Below, piece after piece: positions 31,662-44,545 of a DNA stretch of 64,000 nt. This stretch comes from Epithemia pelagica. Lineage: Eukaryota > Protista > Bacillariophyta. How positions within the stretch are numbered: the stretch's first letter is position 1; every line of letters starts with the position of its first letter. The translations under genes were made by a program, and so were the position numbers. A model generated the notes under the pieces. It did not search any database, had not been told where the DNA came from, and worked only from the letters and a program-made list of their open reading frames with translations. Location of the stretch: NCBI GenBank assembly GCA_946965045.2, contig OX337228.1:1116001-1180000 (forward strand). Direction: 5' to 3'.

Positions 31662-34113
31662 TTGAGTTTTGCCTCGGGAATTCTTTTTTGTTTTACCAGG
31701 ATGAGGCGACTGACTTGGTACTGTGCTGGGAGTATTGAGTGGAAAGAGAAAATTCGATCATGGCCGGAAAAGACTTCCACTTCTCCTTCAGGATTCCATC
31801 TTACACATAGCAAGGCACTAGTCACTCCCATTGCCATCGAAGATGACAAAGAAACAACAATCCAATTGGAACATCAACAACAACAACTCATCGAATGGCA
31901 AGTGGCAATGCTCAATCTAGCTATCAGCCATTGCTACAGCCTATCACGATGGAAACATATCGTCAACGTGATGATATTGAAGGAACCAAACAATCATCGG
32001 ATTCACCGTCTAAGAGTTATACACCTGTATGAACAGGATTATAACTTGATCTTAGCAGTGAAATGGAGACAGATGATACGCAACGGTTCTAACAATCAAC
32101 TTTTACATCCACAACAGTTCGGTGGAGTTCCAGGAAAAGACGCCATCCTTCCAACCATGTTGGAAGAGTTCCAATATGAGATTAGCCGCGTTAGCAAACG
32201 GCCGCTAGTCCACCTCGACTACGATGCAACGGCGTGCTACGACAGAATCGTGATGTCGTTTGGCAGCCTAGCATCTCGATCCTATGGCCAGCACCAATCA
32301 GTAGTATTTATCAATGCTGCAACACTAGAAGATGCAAAATATTACCTCAAGACGCAACTTGGTGTATCAGAGAAGTTTTACAAACACTGCAAAATTTTCC
32401 CAATCTACGGCTCCGGACAGGGAGCAGGAAACTCTCCAGGAATATGGTGTGTAATCAGTTCGGTACTTTTCCATGCTTACGATGAAAAGGCTCATGGAGC
32501 GACATTTCGTTCCCCACAAGGAGAGATTGAGACCCAAGTCTTTATGATAGGATTCGTGGATGACACCAGCGGGAGTACCAACGACTTCAACTTGCCAAAG
32601 CGTCAGTCACCAGAACATTACATCGCCAAGGCTAGCAAGGACGCTCAAAGGTGGAATGATGTTTTACGAGTTTCGGGCGGAGCTTTGGAAGATACCAAAT
32701 GCTCGTATCACTTCCTCTACTTCGACTTTACAATTGATGGGCTACCGTACCTTTGCAATGGCCAGATCGGACCTCGCATCAGCATACAGTTTAACAACAA
32801 CAATTCACCGTATCCGTTAAAGCAGCTCTCTGCTTATCAAAGCCATAGAACACTTGGTGTAATGAAATCACCGGCTTCAACCGACCGAAGTCTCTTCCAT
32901 GCTCTAGCCAAGAAAAACGGTCACCATACCAGTGTCATGGCACGAAGCCCGTTTAATCAAACAGACGCCTGGGCGTACTATCATTCCGTCTACTGACCAA
33001 GCATTACCTACCCAATGCCGTCATCATCCCTCTCTGACAAGCACTGTAAAGCCCTCCAACGACAATTCAAGAAGGCTCTGTTACCAAAATGCGGTTATAA
33101 CTGGTGCACTCCAAATGCTATCGTATACGGTTCTCCCGATTATGGAGGTATTGGTCTCCGATCTTTAACCACCGAGCGTGGTATTTCCCAAGTATACATG
33201 TTCCTTGCTTGCTTACGGTCACAAGGCTTGCCGTCTGATCTTGCTCATATTACCGTGTCCTGGGGTCAATGGCTCGCAGGTACAAGTGTCTCTATTCTTG
33301 ACGATGTAAAGACTCCACTTCCTCATCTCGCTCCTATGATGTGGCTTCCCTCTCTTCGATCTTTCTTAGCTACTGTGGATTGCCGAATTGAACTTGCACA
33401 AGATTTCATCATACCCCTGCAAAGAGAGAACGATTCGTTTGTCATGGATCATGCATTGCAATTTACGACCAAACCATTGGATCTTCAACTGCTCAATGCA
33501 TGCCGATTGTACCTCGGTATCACCCTGGTTAGTGATATTACTACCTGCAACGGGGAATCCCTATCCTTAGCACCCACCCTCGGTCTACAACTACAACATT
33601 CTACTCTACGAGGACTAACAGCCTACCAAGATTATCCGAGCACCAAAGCATGGAACCTGTGGCGGAAATTTCTTTCAACACTCACCACTGGCAACACCGA
33701 TAGACAACTCAATCAGCCTTTGGGCAAATGGTTGAAGACCGGCTATTCAACAGTTCGGAAATGGAACTGCTACTTGTGTGAACAATCCTCACGACTGTTT
33801 ATCCTTGACGGCGCCAACTGCCTTATCTATCAAGAAACTTTTTACGGCTGGTTCTCACCGACGGACCAACTCACTCTCATTGTCCCAGCAGCCGCTGTCC
33901 CTGTCACGACGACACCTGCTCCATTCAATCAAAGGATTCTCCACAAGTATAGTCACCGTCTGGATCCTGTACCACCAGAAATTCCTAGTACATTTGCTTC
34001 CCATGTGACGACTCTACCCAAGTGGGAACAAGATCTTCTTTCCGGATTTGTTCTCTGTTGTTCTCCTACTACTCTGTTCGAACAATTCAACAATGGTCTC
34101 GTCTTATGCAGTG
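31662..34113 (+). pseudogene. LINE ORF2 RT segment with an in-frame TGA
   Basis: ORFs 31662-32996 and 33015-34157 share a frame and are separated by TGA at 32994-32996 (YHSVY*PSITYP). Confidence 0.9.
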
Positions 34114-34896
34114 TGTTACAATTCTCTTGGAATTGCAGAGGCATTGATGCTCGGTAGAGCAGACAATCAGGTAGGTCACCAACCGATACAAACTTCTCAG
34201 GGTCAGAGAAGCAAGCAAGTCGAAGTCTATCAGAAGGATAGTCGGGACACAAAAGAAGATGTGATAAATGGTGATATTGTTAGATTGTGTGTTGATTACT
34301 ACGATAGGTCTACGTGAAATGTTCGGTCCTGCCAAGGGTCATGTGTCATAGGTTCTTGGCGGCAACAGGTTTGGAATAGTTGGAGTCAATTCATGTGATG
34401 TATATGACATGTATATGTGGACGGATAACATATACAGGGTCAACAGCTCTTGCTTTGGGTTGGCATAGTTGTTTTCATGGGGCGCAGCTTGTTGACAATT
34501 TGGAGATTGTGGGAATGGAAATATGGTCTCGCGTGATCGTGTGTCGTGCTTGGGATACTTAGACCGTTGGGTCGGATAGATGCCGACAGCGCTCGGATGT
34601 CGCTTGGGCGCGCTCGATGATTTCAGGCGCGTACGCTTAGGGCGTTAGTATAATGTCCGAGCAACGGCCAAATTTACGTCCGTTGTAATACCGCACGACC
34701 CAGTTTAGTCTTGAGAGTGAGTTCGTCAATCTATTCTCACTTTTCATGATTTGCGAAGAAATATAGGTCGATATAGCGCGAAGCTAGGGAACATAGCTCG
34801 AAGCTAGATGGCATGATGCGATAGCACGAGGCTATGTGACATGGGGAATCGATGAGATGTAGAATCTAACCACCATAGACGGTGAGAATTCTAACA
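34114..34896 (-). repeat. 3' LTR (783 bp)
   Basis: About 7 substitutions relative to 41715-42497 by manual comparison. Confidence 0.97.
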
Positions 34897-37800
34897 CTCC
34901 CCACAACTCGTCGTTTCAGCCTTGTCATCATTGGATTTGTTGAGGTCTTGAACTTCTCCTTTCCAAAACAACAATGGCTTGAGCATGGGCCAAATAGATA
35001 CGAAATCCCAATGTTTGCTAAGGATATCGGCAGGGTTGGTCTTTCCATCTTTCCAGTAGAATGCAACATACTTTGCTGCGATGGCTTCACGAACTCGGTG
35101 GTATGACAGAAGATGGTGTCTCTTGGATAGTATGGAATGAGGAACGGTTGCATTGAGCACAACAGATCTGTTATCTCCGTACATGTAACTTCGCTCTCGG
35201 ATAGGTACTCCAAGGTAGCGGAGAGAATGTCGTAATTCTGTAATCTGATCTATTGCTGTCCTTGCAGCCACAAACTCGGATCCATAGGTAGCAGTTTCCA
35301 CCGTGCTCTGTCTCTTGCTGTACCAGTCAATAGGTGTTCCGTTCAACAAATGTAGAACAGCAGTGACGGATTTACCAGTGACTATATCATGCATGAGATT
35401 GGCATCAACAGAATGAGTTGTGGTAACATAGCGGCCAAGAGGTGTTGGGCAGTCTTCAGGAATACGTTCACTTGCATTCGAATAGACAGTGCGAGTCCAA
35501 TCAAATTCTTGGGTAGGAAGACTTGAATAATCAGGCTCTCCAATCCTAAATCTGATTGCGCCTTCTGGGAGATGTGCAAGGTATCCATAGATACGCTTGG
35601 CTCTATCAAGATGTCCTTTCCTCGGAGCAGCACGAAAGCGTGATAGCGTCATTGTAGCGGTGAAGACGTCGAAACGACCAATAGTGATCACCCATTGGAG
35701 TTGTCCAATCAGAGTTTGGAAATGGCTAGTACCTTCTTCATCAAGGAGCTCAGAATCATCCAATTCAGGATGGTCTCCACCAATAAGAGGTGTTTTGGCT
35801 TTCTTGGGTTTCTCCTTGAAGATTCGTTCGAAAGTGTCCATCATCTTACCAATGTAGCGTCTTGGATCTGCTACTCATGTTCCATCAGAATCCTTGGTGT
35901 AACAACATCCCAAGTGGAAATCAATAGGTCCATCTCCTTTGAGTTTGAAGTTGTATTTCTCCTTCAGGATCTTGCAGATATTCCCAGGATCAGTAGAAAT
36001 AATGGCTAAGTCATCAACGTATACGGCAATGTATTCGTAACAGTCTTCTCCAGGTGCTTTCCTCATCCAGATATCCGGATCTGCTTTGCTTGTTGAAAAT
36101 CCCATGTCTGTCAAAACATCGAATAAGACATCATGCCAGCGTGCGCCTGATGACTTCAATCCATAAAGTGCCTTATATATAATCAGGATGTGACCTTCTA
36201 ATTCCTTGAATTCAGGTCCTGCGACAATGAAAATTTTCTCCCCTGTCAAGGCTTCCAGGTATGCATTTCCAATATCTGCTCCCCATATTTCCAAGTCATT
36301 CAAAGTACCCAGGAATAAGGCAATGCGGAGGTTGCGAATGGAAACAACACCTGAATAGATTGTCTCAACAGGTTCTTTTGTGAGATGTCCATCTGTGACA
36401 AGTCTTGCTTTATGTCGTCCATCATGTTTTACGTCAAAGACAAGATGTACACGTATCTTATGATATCCTTCAGGTGCATTGGATACTTTCCCTTTAATGA
36501 AGATGGCTTTCCCAAAATCCTTGAATGTCTTGTAGGACTGGATCTGTGACAATTCTAATTCTGTTGCATCCTGCCACTTTGTGTTGCCATGTTGTTTATC
36601 AAGAGCAACAGCTTCCTCATAATTGCGTGGTACTTGGAATCCAAACTTATACTTGACGGAATGGTGAACTTGTTTAATCCTTGACTGTTTGGCTGCTCGA
36701 ATGAGACGTTTGCTTGTTTTGACATAACGTTTCAAATGCTTCCATCCAGGTTCGTTGAGTAAACCATGTTTCTTTCCATAAATTGCTACAGTGATCGGAT
36801 CATCATTGGCGATGAGTGATAAAGGTTCATAGGTAGTCTCCCCAGTTTCCCAATCAACAAGCAAATTATATTTGCTCCCCTTGTAATCTGGATCAGTTGT
36901 GTTCAGTGGGCCTTGATGGGCAATGACGTCCCTGAACCTGAAAAGATTATCTCCAGAGGTTTGAGCTTGGTTATCTCGTTCGATATACTCCATGAGTTGA
37001 TTATAGGATATCATCTCATCAACATCAGAATTTGTCTTTCGGTAGATGTACTTGACACGTTCTTCCTGTTTCGTTGCTTCTTCATTAAGATCAATGACTC
37101 GTTTGATGACACGTGCACGGTGTCGCTCCCCATTTTCTTCTGTGTCGCATAGGAATGTGCGTCCTATCATGTCGTCAAAATCGATCGTGGGCATTGGTTT
37201 GGATGGATCTTCACTATCACTGCGCATGAAGACAGTATCAGCTTGCTTATCATTGTCATCCTTCTCAGACGAATCCTCCCCTGAAGGTCGATCCACACGT
37301 AGGTTAGGTGTAGTGGATTCAACACGGCGAACGGCAGAACGATAGATTATCTGGTTATCCTGGGTGAGAATCTTCCAAGTAAAAGAATCACCAACGTTGT
37401 GAGCAAAACCAACCCAGTGGCCAAGTTTCTCATCAGAAGAAGATGGATATGAACCGGAATTGGGTTCAGCGGGGTCGACACGGTAGTAAACCTCATCCCA
37501 GAAAGGAAAGAACAAGAGATGAGTAATGTCGGGTGGGCGTCCGGAGAGAGCCTCAAGAGGAGTGCGACCGGAATGGGTGGGTGATGATGTATGGTTCAAT
37601 AAGTCACAGACATACTCAAGGCAAAGAAGCCAGGTGTTGGCAGGGCAACCAGTGGCATTCATGAGAGCGTTGGTCATACGTTTGACGGTCTGGTAACGGT
37701 TTTCAGCCTTATTCTGGTGTTGATGATAAGGTTCAGATCGATACTCCCCAATAAGCAAAGTGCAAAGAATGTCTTTGACCTTTTGAGAGATGAGAGATGA

Positions 37801-40578
37801 ACCACCATCACTGATAAGAGTCTCCATGGCACCACGAAACCGGATGTTGTCCTGAAGAGTATTGACAAACTGTTTGGTTGACTTGATCCCATAGATATCA
37901 GTAACCAGAGTATCTCGACCAACAAAGATTTGTGCGACTTTACCGCCATGGTCAACAGCAGGGGTGTCGGAGAAAACCGAGTCAGTAGCAACGGGTTCAT
38001 GACGTTGAGGTATATTAAGGACCGGATTGCGAGCCTTGAAATGTTTCTTGAGGGTGTCGTGGTCAAAAGTAATGCTACCATTACGTGTAGTGTGCTTGAA
38101 CGTATTGGCAATAACATCTTCAGATTGCCAACCAAAGAATGGACGGAACTTCTTCCAGTCATACGCTTCCCGGTAACGACGGTGGACAGAGGCATGAAGT
38201 GTAGGATCATTACCTTCTGCGTCAGCATAGATAGAAAAGAAGGGTGCGTCGTCAGGTCCATGATTGTATGGGAGATCCAAAAGGAGATTGAGGTTACAAA
38301 CAACACGATCAGTGTACTCCCCATAGTTGTCATATGGATGGTTCGACATACTACCATCAGTCTTGACGTGTTTCCAATCAGGATCATTGTCAGAGGGTGT
38401 GGGAGAATACGAATGGTCCAGAACACCAGGATCCCATGTGTCGGGTGACGTGAAGATGATCTGAGGTAAGGTATTCATGTCATCGTCGCTGGGGATACCC
38501 AAGGAGTGGATGTAGGCTAACCCATCCTTGATGTGAAGGGGTATAGCACGGCCATCAAGTGTAGTGATGCGTTGTTTACCATCAACTTTAACAGATCGTT
38601 CATCAACAGCAAGTCCGAAATGCTCGAATTGACCAGGAGCATGGATAGATAAGCCCTTTCCATAATAAGCATATTCATTGAAGATGCCGACAATAGGTCC
38701 ATCATTGGTCTCAAACTTTGCGGCACATGTGACGACAGGAAGTCCAGTAAGTTCATGGTTATCAATACCCACAATAGTGACATGGCGGCCAGTCTTAGAA
38801 AGGATGCGCATGTCAGAACCAGCAAGTCCTCCATTAGCACCACGGTCAATCAATTGATTTCCTGGTAAAGTGGATTTCCTGGAAAACAAATAGCGTGGAA
38901 CATGTCCTGCTTGTTTATGCATGTTGGCTTTGAAAGTAACCTTCTTGCTCGTCTTGGACTTGGCGTTAGAAAGAACACTAGTCAGGTCAGTTGCCGGGTG
39001 ATTGATATCAGTCGTCATGGCTTGGTTGATAAATTGTGTAACCGGATCTGAATCATCTGGATGCTCAGGGACTACGCCAGGTGAGTCGTCATCAGATGCA
39101 ACTTGGTTGGGGTCAGGATCAGGTTCCGGATCAATGTCGAGGGCATGTGTTTGCACTTTCCTCGGTGTTGTTGATGAAGGTGCTTGAATCATCTTGTTAT
39201 ACTCAATGATCAACTTGTGATCTTCTTCAGAAAGTTTGAACCATAGGTCACGCGGTAGACTAACCTTGGACGAAGAGGATGGAGATTCAGATGTCGCTTT
39301 GGTGTTGTGGACATGATACTCCATATCATCTTGTGAGGTTATGTCACCATCTGTATCTTGGCCATATAGTGATTCATGTTGTTTGACATGTCGACGGCGA
39401 CTATGAACAGATGACTGGGTTGCTTGATCATGGTCATAAGCTGCGTCTAGAAGGAGACGGAAGTATGATTGATAGCAAAGGGATTTTGCACCGGATTTGG
39501 TGTTCACCACATTATCCAAGATCTTGACTCGGCGGAGATCAGGTACCTTTTCTACAGCTTGCATGAGGAAGGTCATCCTGGTATGATCAGGGATGCGATC
39601 AGACAATGTCACTAGATTGTCTAGCAAACGTAGCTGCTCTTGAAAGTGTAGAAGAAATTGACGTGTTGTTCCGCGCCATGTATCGTCAAGACGTAGATTG
39701 GAAATGTAGTTGGTTAAACGGAGGACTTCTCGTTTTGCTAGGTCGGATTCGGTATGCAAAGAGTGTAACTTCTGCAATACGGCACGCGCATCTTCATCAT
39801 GTTCATGTTCACGTACATAGGCTCGACCTTGGTCAGTCTGAATGATACGGACAAGAACGGAGTAAAGAAATACTTGTTGCTCTTGAAAAAGTTCTTCGGC
39901 ATACTCATCATCATGGGGTGGTGTGTATTTGAAATTCAGAACGTTGGATAGGCCTTGAGCCTTAGCTGTAGTCTTGAATACACGCCAGAATGAATCGTAG
40001 TATCGTTCATCCTTGAATACCTCATATGCAGTTGCGTCGCGCTTAGTTCCCTTTCTGAATGCTGTAAGGTCTTGTTGAGATTGGGATGCGGCAGTAACTG
40101 TGCTGACAGATTTCACAGATGACGGTGACTTCATTGGCGAGACTGAAATTTGGCTAGGTGATCCCTTAGAGAAATCTGTGTTGATCCTCCAAGTGTTGAA
40201 CTCTTTCCTCGTTAGGTTCATCCAGTCGCTATTGGATAGCTCGTCTTGAATTTCATTGGTCTTGTATATGGCCCAATAAGCCAAGAGCTTGATCTGCTGT
40301 CTTGTGGGGCCTTGTAGATCATGTGTCTGTTTGTTGACCTTGTATTGTGTCAGTTCGTTCATGGATTCCTCGGTATTAGTTTGCATATACGAGATAACAT
40401 GGGTAATGTTTTCAAAACCATGGTATTTCATCCACTTCATTAAGTAGTCGGCCCTTTCTTTGGTAAAGAATTGGCAGACAGTAAATATGATGTGGTCGAA
40501 TAGGTCTGTGTTCGAGACATTGTCTTGGTTATCTTCTCCCTTAGGAGTCGTAGGTGTCTTGGGTGATTGAGGATCCAT
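34891..40578 (-). pseudogene. gag-pol: Copia Gag-Pol with a single in-frame TGA in the RT
   Basis: Protease LIDRGANGG, integrase DSVF...DGG...SEPYHQHQNKAE, RT HKARLV...LYGLKSSG...YVDD, RNase H VDANL...ETATYGSEF...NPADILSK. ORFs 40578-35875 and 35844-34891 are in frame across TGA 35875-35877 (DGT*VADPRRYI). Confidence 0.95.
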
Positions 40579-40898
40579 GGTGTTATTTGGTTGGTTCGAT
40601 GTTTATTTAATGTGCGGTGTGATGTGGTTTATTTAATGTGTGATGTGATGTGAACCCGGATGTACCACGTGTGCCACGTATGTACCACGTATGTGATACC
40701 CGGATGTGTGTTGTGATGTGCGACTCCTGGAAATTTCCGTTGATTCCGACAAATTTTCGCCGAATTTCAACAAATTTTCGCCGAATTTTCGCGATTTGAC
40801 GGGAATGTGTGGCGTGTTGTGCGACCAAGGGTACCCGGATGTGCGTTGAGTTTAAGTCTTGGAAAGGTTTTGAGAGGACGGGAGTTAACTATGAGTAA

Positions 40899-41678
40899 TT
40901 AAGCTTCGGTCTCCGAATCCCCACTCTCTTCCGAATAATCAGAGTTGTTTCCAGGCTCAGATGGGGCAGCACAAGCAACAAAAGAAGGGGTATCACCTTC
41001 AGCCAAGTGGTTCTCGACCTCGGTACGCAAAAGGAAGATAGTTGCACGATGGTCCTCGATGGTATGGACCTCGTGGATGTAGGCAACGTAGTTATCTAGG
41101 CGTACAACGTTAGGAGGCAGAGGGCAAGTCGTCGCGTTCACGACGTAGATGGTATTGTAGTATCCAGTTGGGCGCTCGAAGGTTAGGAAGCGGAGGTGGA
41201 CAGTACGGATGGGGTTGCCCGAGAGGGCGGCCAAGATGAGGCGACGCCTCGGAGAACGATGAAGTTGGTCGTTCAGACGGTCAATGTCTTCTTGGTCGAC
41301 GATGTGGGTCACCGATTGGAACTGGCGTTCGATCTGGGTCTCCCCACGGATGATCTCGGGATCGAAGGTCGAACAAGTTGGTTGACGGAAGTACTTGATA
41401 TGATCAGCAATCAACCGGGTGGTACGACGGGATCGAGAAGGGACGAGCCGACGAGGCGGACTCGGGGGCCGAAGCAACGGCGCAGGGATCGGAGCGTGAG
41501 GCTGGGTTGGAGTCTCGAATGGGTTGCTGTTGGAACTGTCGACGGAGATGTTGACCGATGTGTTGGCTGCCTTCGGCGTCGGCACCAGTTCCTGCTGCAC
41601 CAGGGTATCGGGCTGCCCGGGATGCAGGTTGGCTCGATAGATCTGTCGTACAGGAGTGATAAGCTCGTTAGTATCCAT
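40899..41678 (-). CDS. Extra 259-aa ORF of unknown function between the PBS and gag
   Basis: ATG-initiated, sense to gag, starts ~22 nt after the PBS motif. Pro-rich N-terminal half and a globular-looking C-terminal half. Confidence 0.6.
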   Translation of the reverse strand: MDTNELITPVRQIYRANLHPGQPDTLVQQELVPTPKAANTSVNISVDSSNSNPFETPTQPHAPIPAPLLRPPSPPRRLVPSRSRRTTRLIADHIKYFRQPTCSTFDPEIIRGETQIERQFQSVTHIVDQEDIDRLNDQLHRSPRRRLILAALSGNPIRTVHLRFLTFERPTGYYNTIYVVNATTCPLPPNVVRLDNYVAYIHEVHTIEDHRATIFLLRTEVENHLAEGDTPSFVACAAPSEPGNNSDYSEESGDSETEA

Positions 41679-41714
41679 GAAACCACAAGGAAATAAGCTT
41701 TGAGACTGTTAATC

Positions 41715-42497
41715 TGTTACAATCCTCTTGGAATTGCAGAGGCATTGATGCTCGGTAGAGCAGACAATCAGGTAGGTCACCAACCGATACAAACTTCTCA
41801 GGGTCAGAGAAGCAAGCAAGTCGAAGTCTATCAGAAGGATAGTCAGGACACAAAAGAAGATGTGATAAATGGTGATATTGTTAGATTGTGTGTTGATTAC
41901 TACGATAGGTCTACGTGAAATGTTCGGTCCTGCCAAGGGTCATGTGTCATAGGTTCTTGGCGGCAACAGGTTTGGAATAGTTGGAGTCGATTCATGTGAT
42001 GTATATGACATGTATATGTGGACGGATAACATATACAGGGTCAACAGCTCTTGCTTTGGGTTGGCATAGTTGTTTTCATGGGGCGCAGCTTGTTGACAAT
42101 TTGGAGATTGTGGGAATGGAAATATGGTCTCGCGTGATCGTGTGTCGTGCTTGGGATACTTAGACCGTTGGGTCGGATAGATGCCGACAGCGCTCGGATG
42201 TCGCTTGGGCGCGCTCGATGATTTCGGGCGCGTACGCTTAGGGCGTTAGTATAATGTCCGAGCAACGGCCAAATTTACGTCTGTTGTTATACCGCACGAC
42301 CCAGTTTAGTCTTGAGAGTGAGTTCGTCAATCTATTCTCACTTTTCATGATTTGCGAAGAAATATAGGTCGATATAGCGCGAAGCTAGGGAACATACCTC
42401 GAAGCTAGATGGCATGATGCGATAGCACGAGGCTATGTGACATGGGGAATCGATGAGATGTAGAATCTAACCACCATAGACGGTGAGAATTCTAACA
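41715..42497 (-). repeat. 5' LTR (783 bp)
   Basis: Direct repeat of 34114-34896. Confidence 0.97.
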
Positions 42498-42502
42498 CAG
42501 TG

Positions 42503-43914
42503 ATGGTTCTGTGGCTCTTTTTACTGGGAGTTTTGGTGCCGTATGCGTCTCTCATGATAACAAACGCCTGTTTGAATTGGCCGGCCCTGCTCCAGGGTTC
42601 AGGACATCTTCGTTCCGAGCAGAAAGCTATGGTTATTTGTCTTTGCTCCGTTCCATCTACCATCTGTGCCTTTTTCATCATCAGCCTCTTACCGGTGACC
42701 TTCATTTCTACACGGACTCCTTAAGTATGATTGAGACTGTCAGCCAAAGGCTTGAATGGCAAGTTGAATATCCCTACTCAACAATGGATCCTGACTGGGA
42801 CTTGCACCAGTCGATCATTTACACGTTGCGTCAGTTTCCTTCGATTCCTCCGCTCAGTCATGTCAAAGCACATCAAGATCGTTATCATCCATATGAGACA
42901 CTCTCTCTCGAAGCCCAGTTGAATGTACAAGCCGACCGCTTAGCTGGCGATTACTTTTACCCCTTGACCCTCTCGTCACGGTTCTGCCCACTTATTACTG
43001 GCACTGTTGCCGCGTTACATGGCCCTTCTGGGACCATCACTTCTAACTACAGAAGCACTCTACGCCGTCTCTCAAGCGATCCGGTGATTACCGAGTACCT
43101 GCAAACAAAACATCATTGGTCACCAGCAGTCTTTGATTCGATTTGCTGGGATACACACGGTTCCGTTATACGCGCCAACTTCCACCGCCGCCACTTTCTC
43201 ACCAAGAATGTTCACAACTGGCTGCCAGTCGGTACCCTCAAACAACACTACGCAACCCACTACACGTGTATGTGCCCTAATTGTCCAACCATTCCAGAAA
43301 ACCGCTCCCACTTTCTTCGTTGCCCATCTAGACGGAATTGGACCGGTCCAATGTTTGATGAACTCAATTCGTTCTGGACTGAGAACTCATTTGATCCATG
43401 CCTTGCTACCATTCTCCGTGAAGTTATGCGCCTTTGGCTAGCTGATACCCCAATTGTTCTCCCAACTGTACCTCCTCAATATCAGGTCTTGATTACCCGC
43501 CAAACACTCGTTGGCTGGGATCAAGTATTCTTTGGTCGTTTTGTTAAAGACTGGATCCGTCTCCAAGATGCTTTCGTTTCTACCCATGAACTGAATCCTA
43601 TCAAGTTTTCTGGTCACCGTTCTATTTGCGGTACTATCAAAATCATATGGCAACATGTACACAACCTGTGGACACGTCGTAACCTTGATGTTCATGGCCA
43701 TAATGCTCCCACCCGAGAAGCCGCCGCTCTCAACCAGGCCCGCCGCGAGATTGTCGAGTTGTATCTTTTACAACCGTCTGTTCCTCCGGCTGACCGCACC
43801 TTCTTTTATGATTCCACAGCAACACATTTCCTTCACGAAACCACATCCACACAACTACATACCTGGCTCAACACATGGCGTCCCGTCATCCTTCATTATG
43901 CTGGACTAGCTTGA
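42503..43914 (+). pseudogene. LINE ORF2 C-terminal segment (RNase H plus zinc-knuckle-like region)
   Basis: Continues the LINE frame after the TSD and contains the RNase H D-E-D-D motifs. Confidence 0.9.
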
Positions 43915-44545
43915 GCTCCTCTCAAGCTACCCTATTTAGTCCTCGCCTAGTTTTCTAGGCCCGGCGCCCGGCGCGTCGGTCGGCGTCATCATGCGTGGTG
44001 CGTGCGGCAGCGTTATAATAGATTTCCAGTTTTTTTTGTTTTTTTTTACGAGTCGGGATTTTGGATGCCCATATATGCGATTGAAACGCGTCCAATGGTC
44101 ATTCCGTCATCGAGAACTCTTGCGCGCACAAGAATGACATCAATTAAATGACAGTCAGTAAAAAGTTTTACTGTACACGCTCGGTAGTCTTTCTCGGGTC
44201 ATCAAGAAATCTTCCGGTTAAGAGACTCTTGCGGGTGATGGTCATTTGATGATACACATTCTTCACTTGTGTTTCCTGCAGAGGTCTATTTTCCTTCCAT
44301 CGAGTGGAAAAGTTTGTTCGAACGGCTGGAGTTGTCACGGCGAGGCAGAGCCGAAGTGAATTGGTCTGAAGCCTTTATCGCCGTAAAGTCCATCTGGCAT
44401 TGACATTTGAGCGTTGGTGTCCCACGTTATTGGCCCACTATTTCGGATATCGTGAAGTCTTTCAACGGTCACAATTCTCGACACACAACAACAGCGTTCT
44501 GCAAACACATTGTCGGTTGGATACTCCACCTGAATTGACGGAATC

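Larger units (their letters stand above)
34114..42497 (-). mobile_element. Full-length Ty1/Copia LTR retrotransposon (8384 bp)
   Basis: 783-bp LTRs TGTTA...TAACA, 5-bp TSD CAGTG (34109-34113 and 42498-42502), PPT GGGGAG on the - strand (34897-34902), PBS-position motif at 41700-41714. Confidence 0.98.
31662..43914 (+). mobile_element. 5'-truncated non-LTR retrotransposon (Ambal-like diatom LINE; RT plus RNase H plus C-terminal Cys/His motif), split by a Copia insertion
   Basis: WPEKTSTSPSG.HL, LDYDATACYDRI, YGSGQG, GFVDD in the RT. Removing 34114-42502 restores VLCSDGSV...SSFRAES...YTDSLS...HVKAHQD...NVQADRLA (RNase H) and CPNC...H..RC. Confidence 0.92.
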
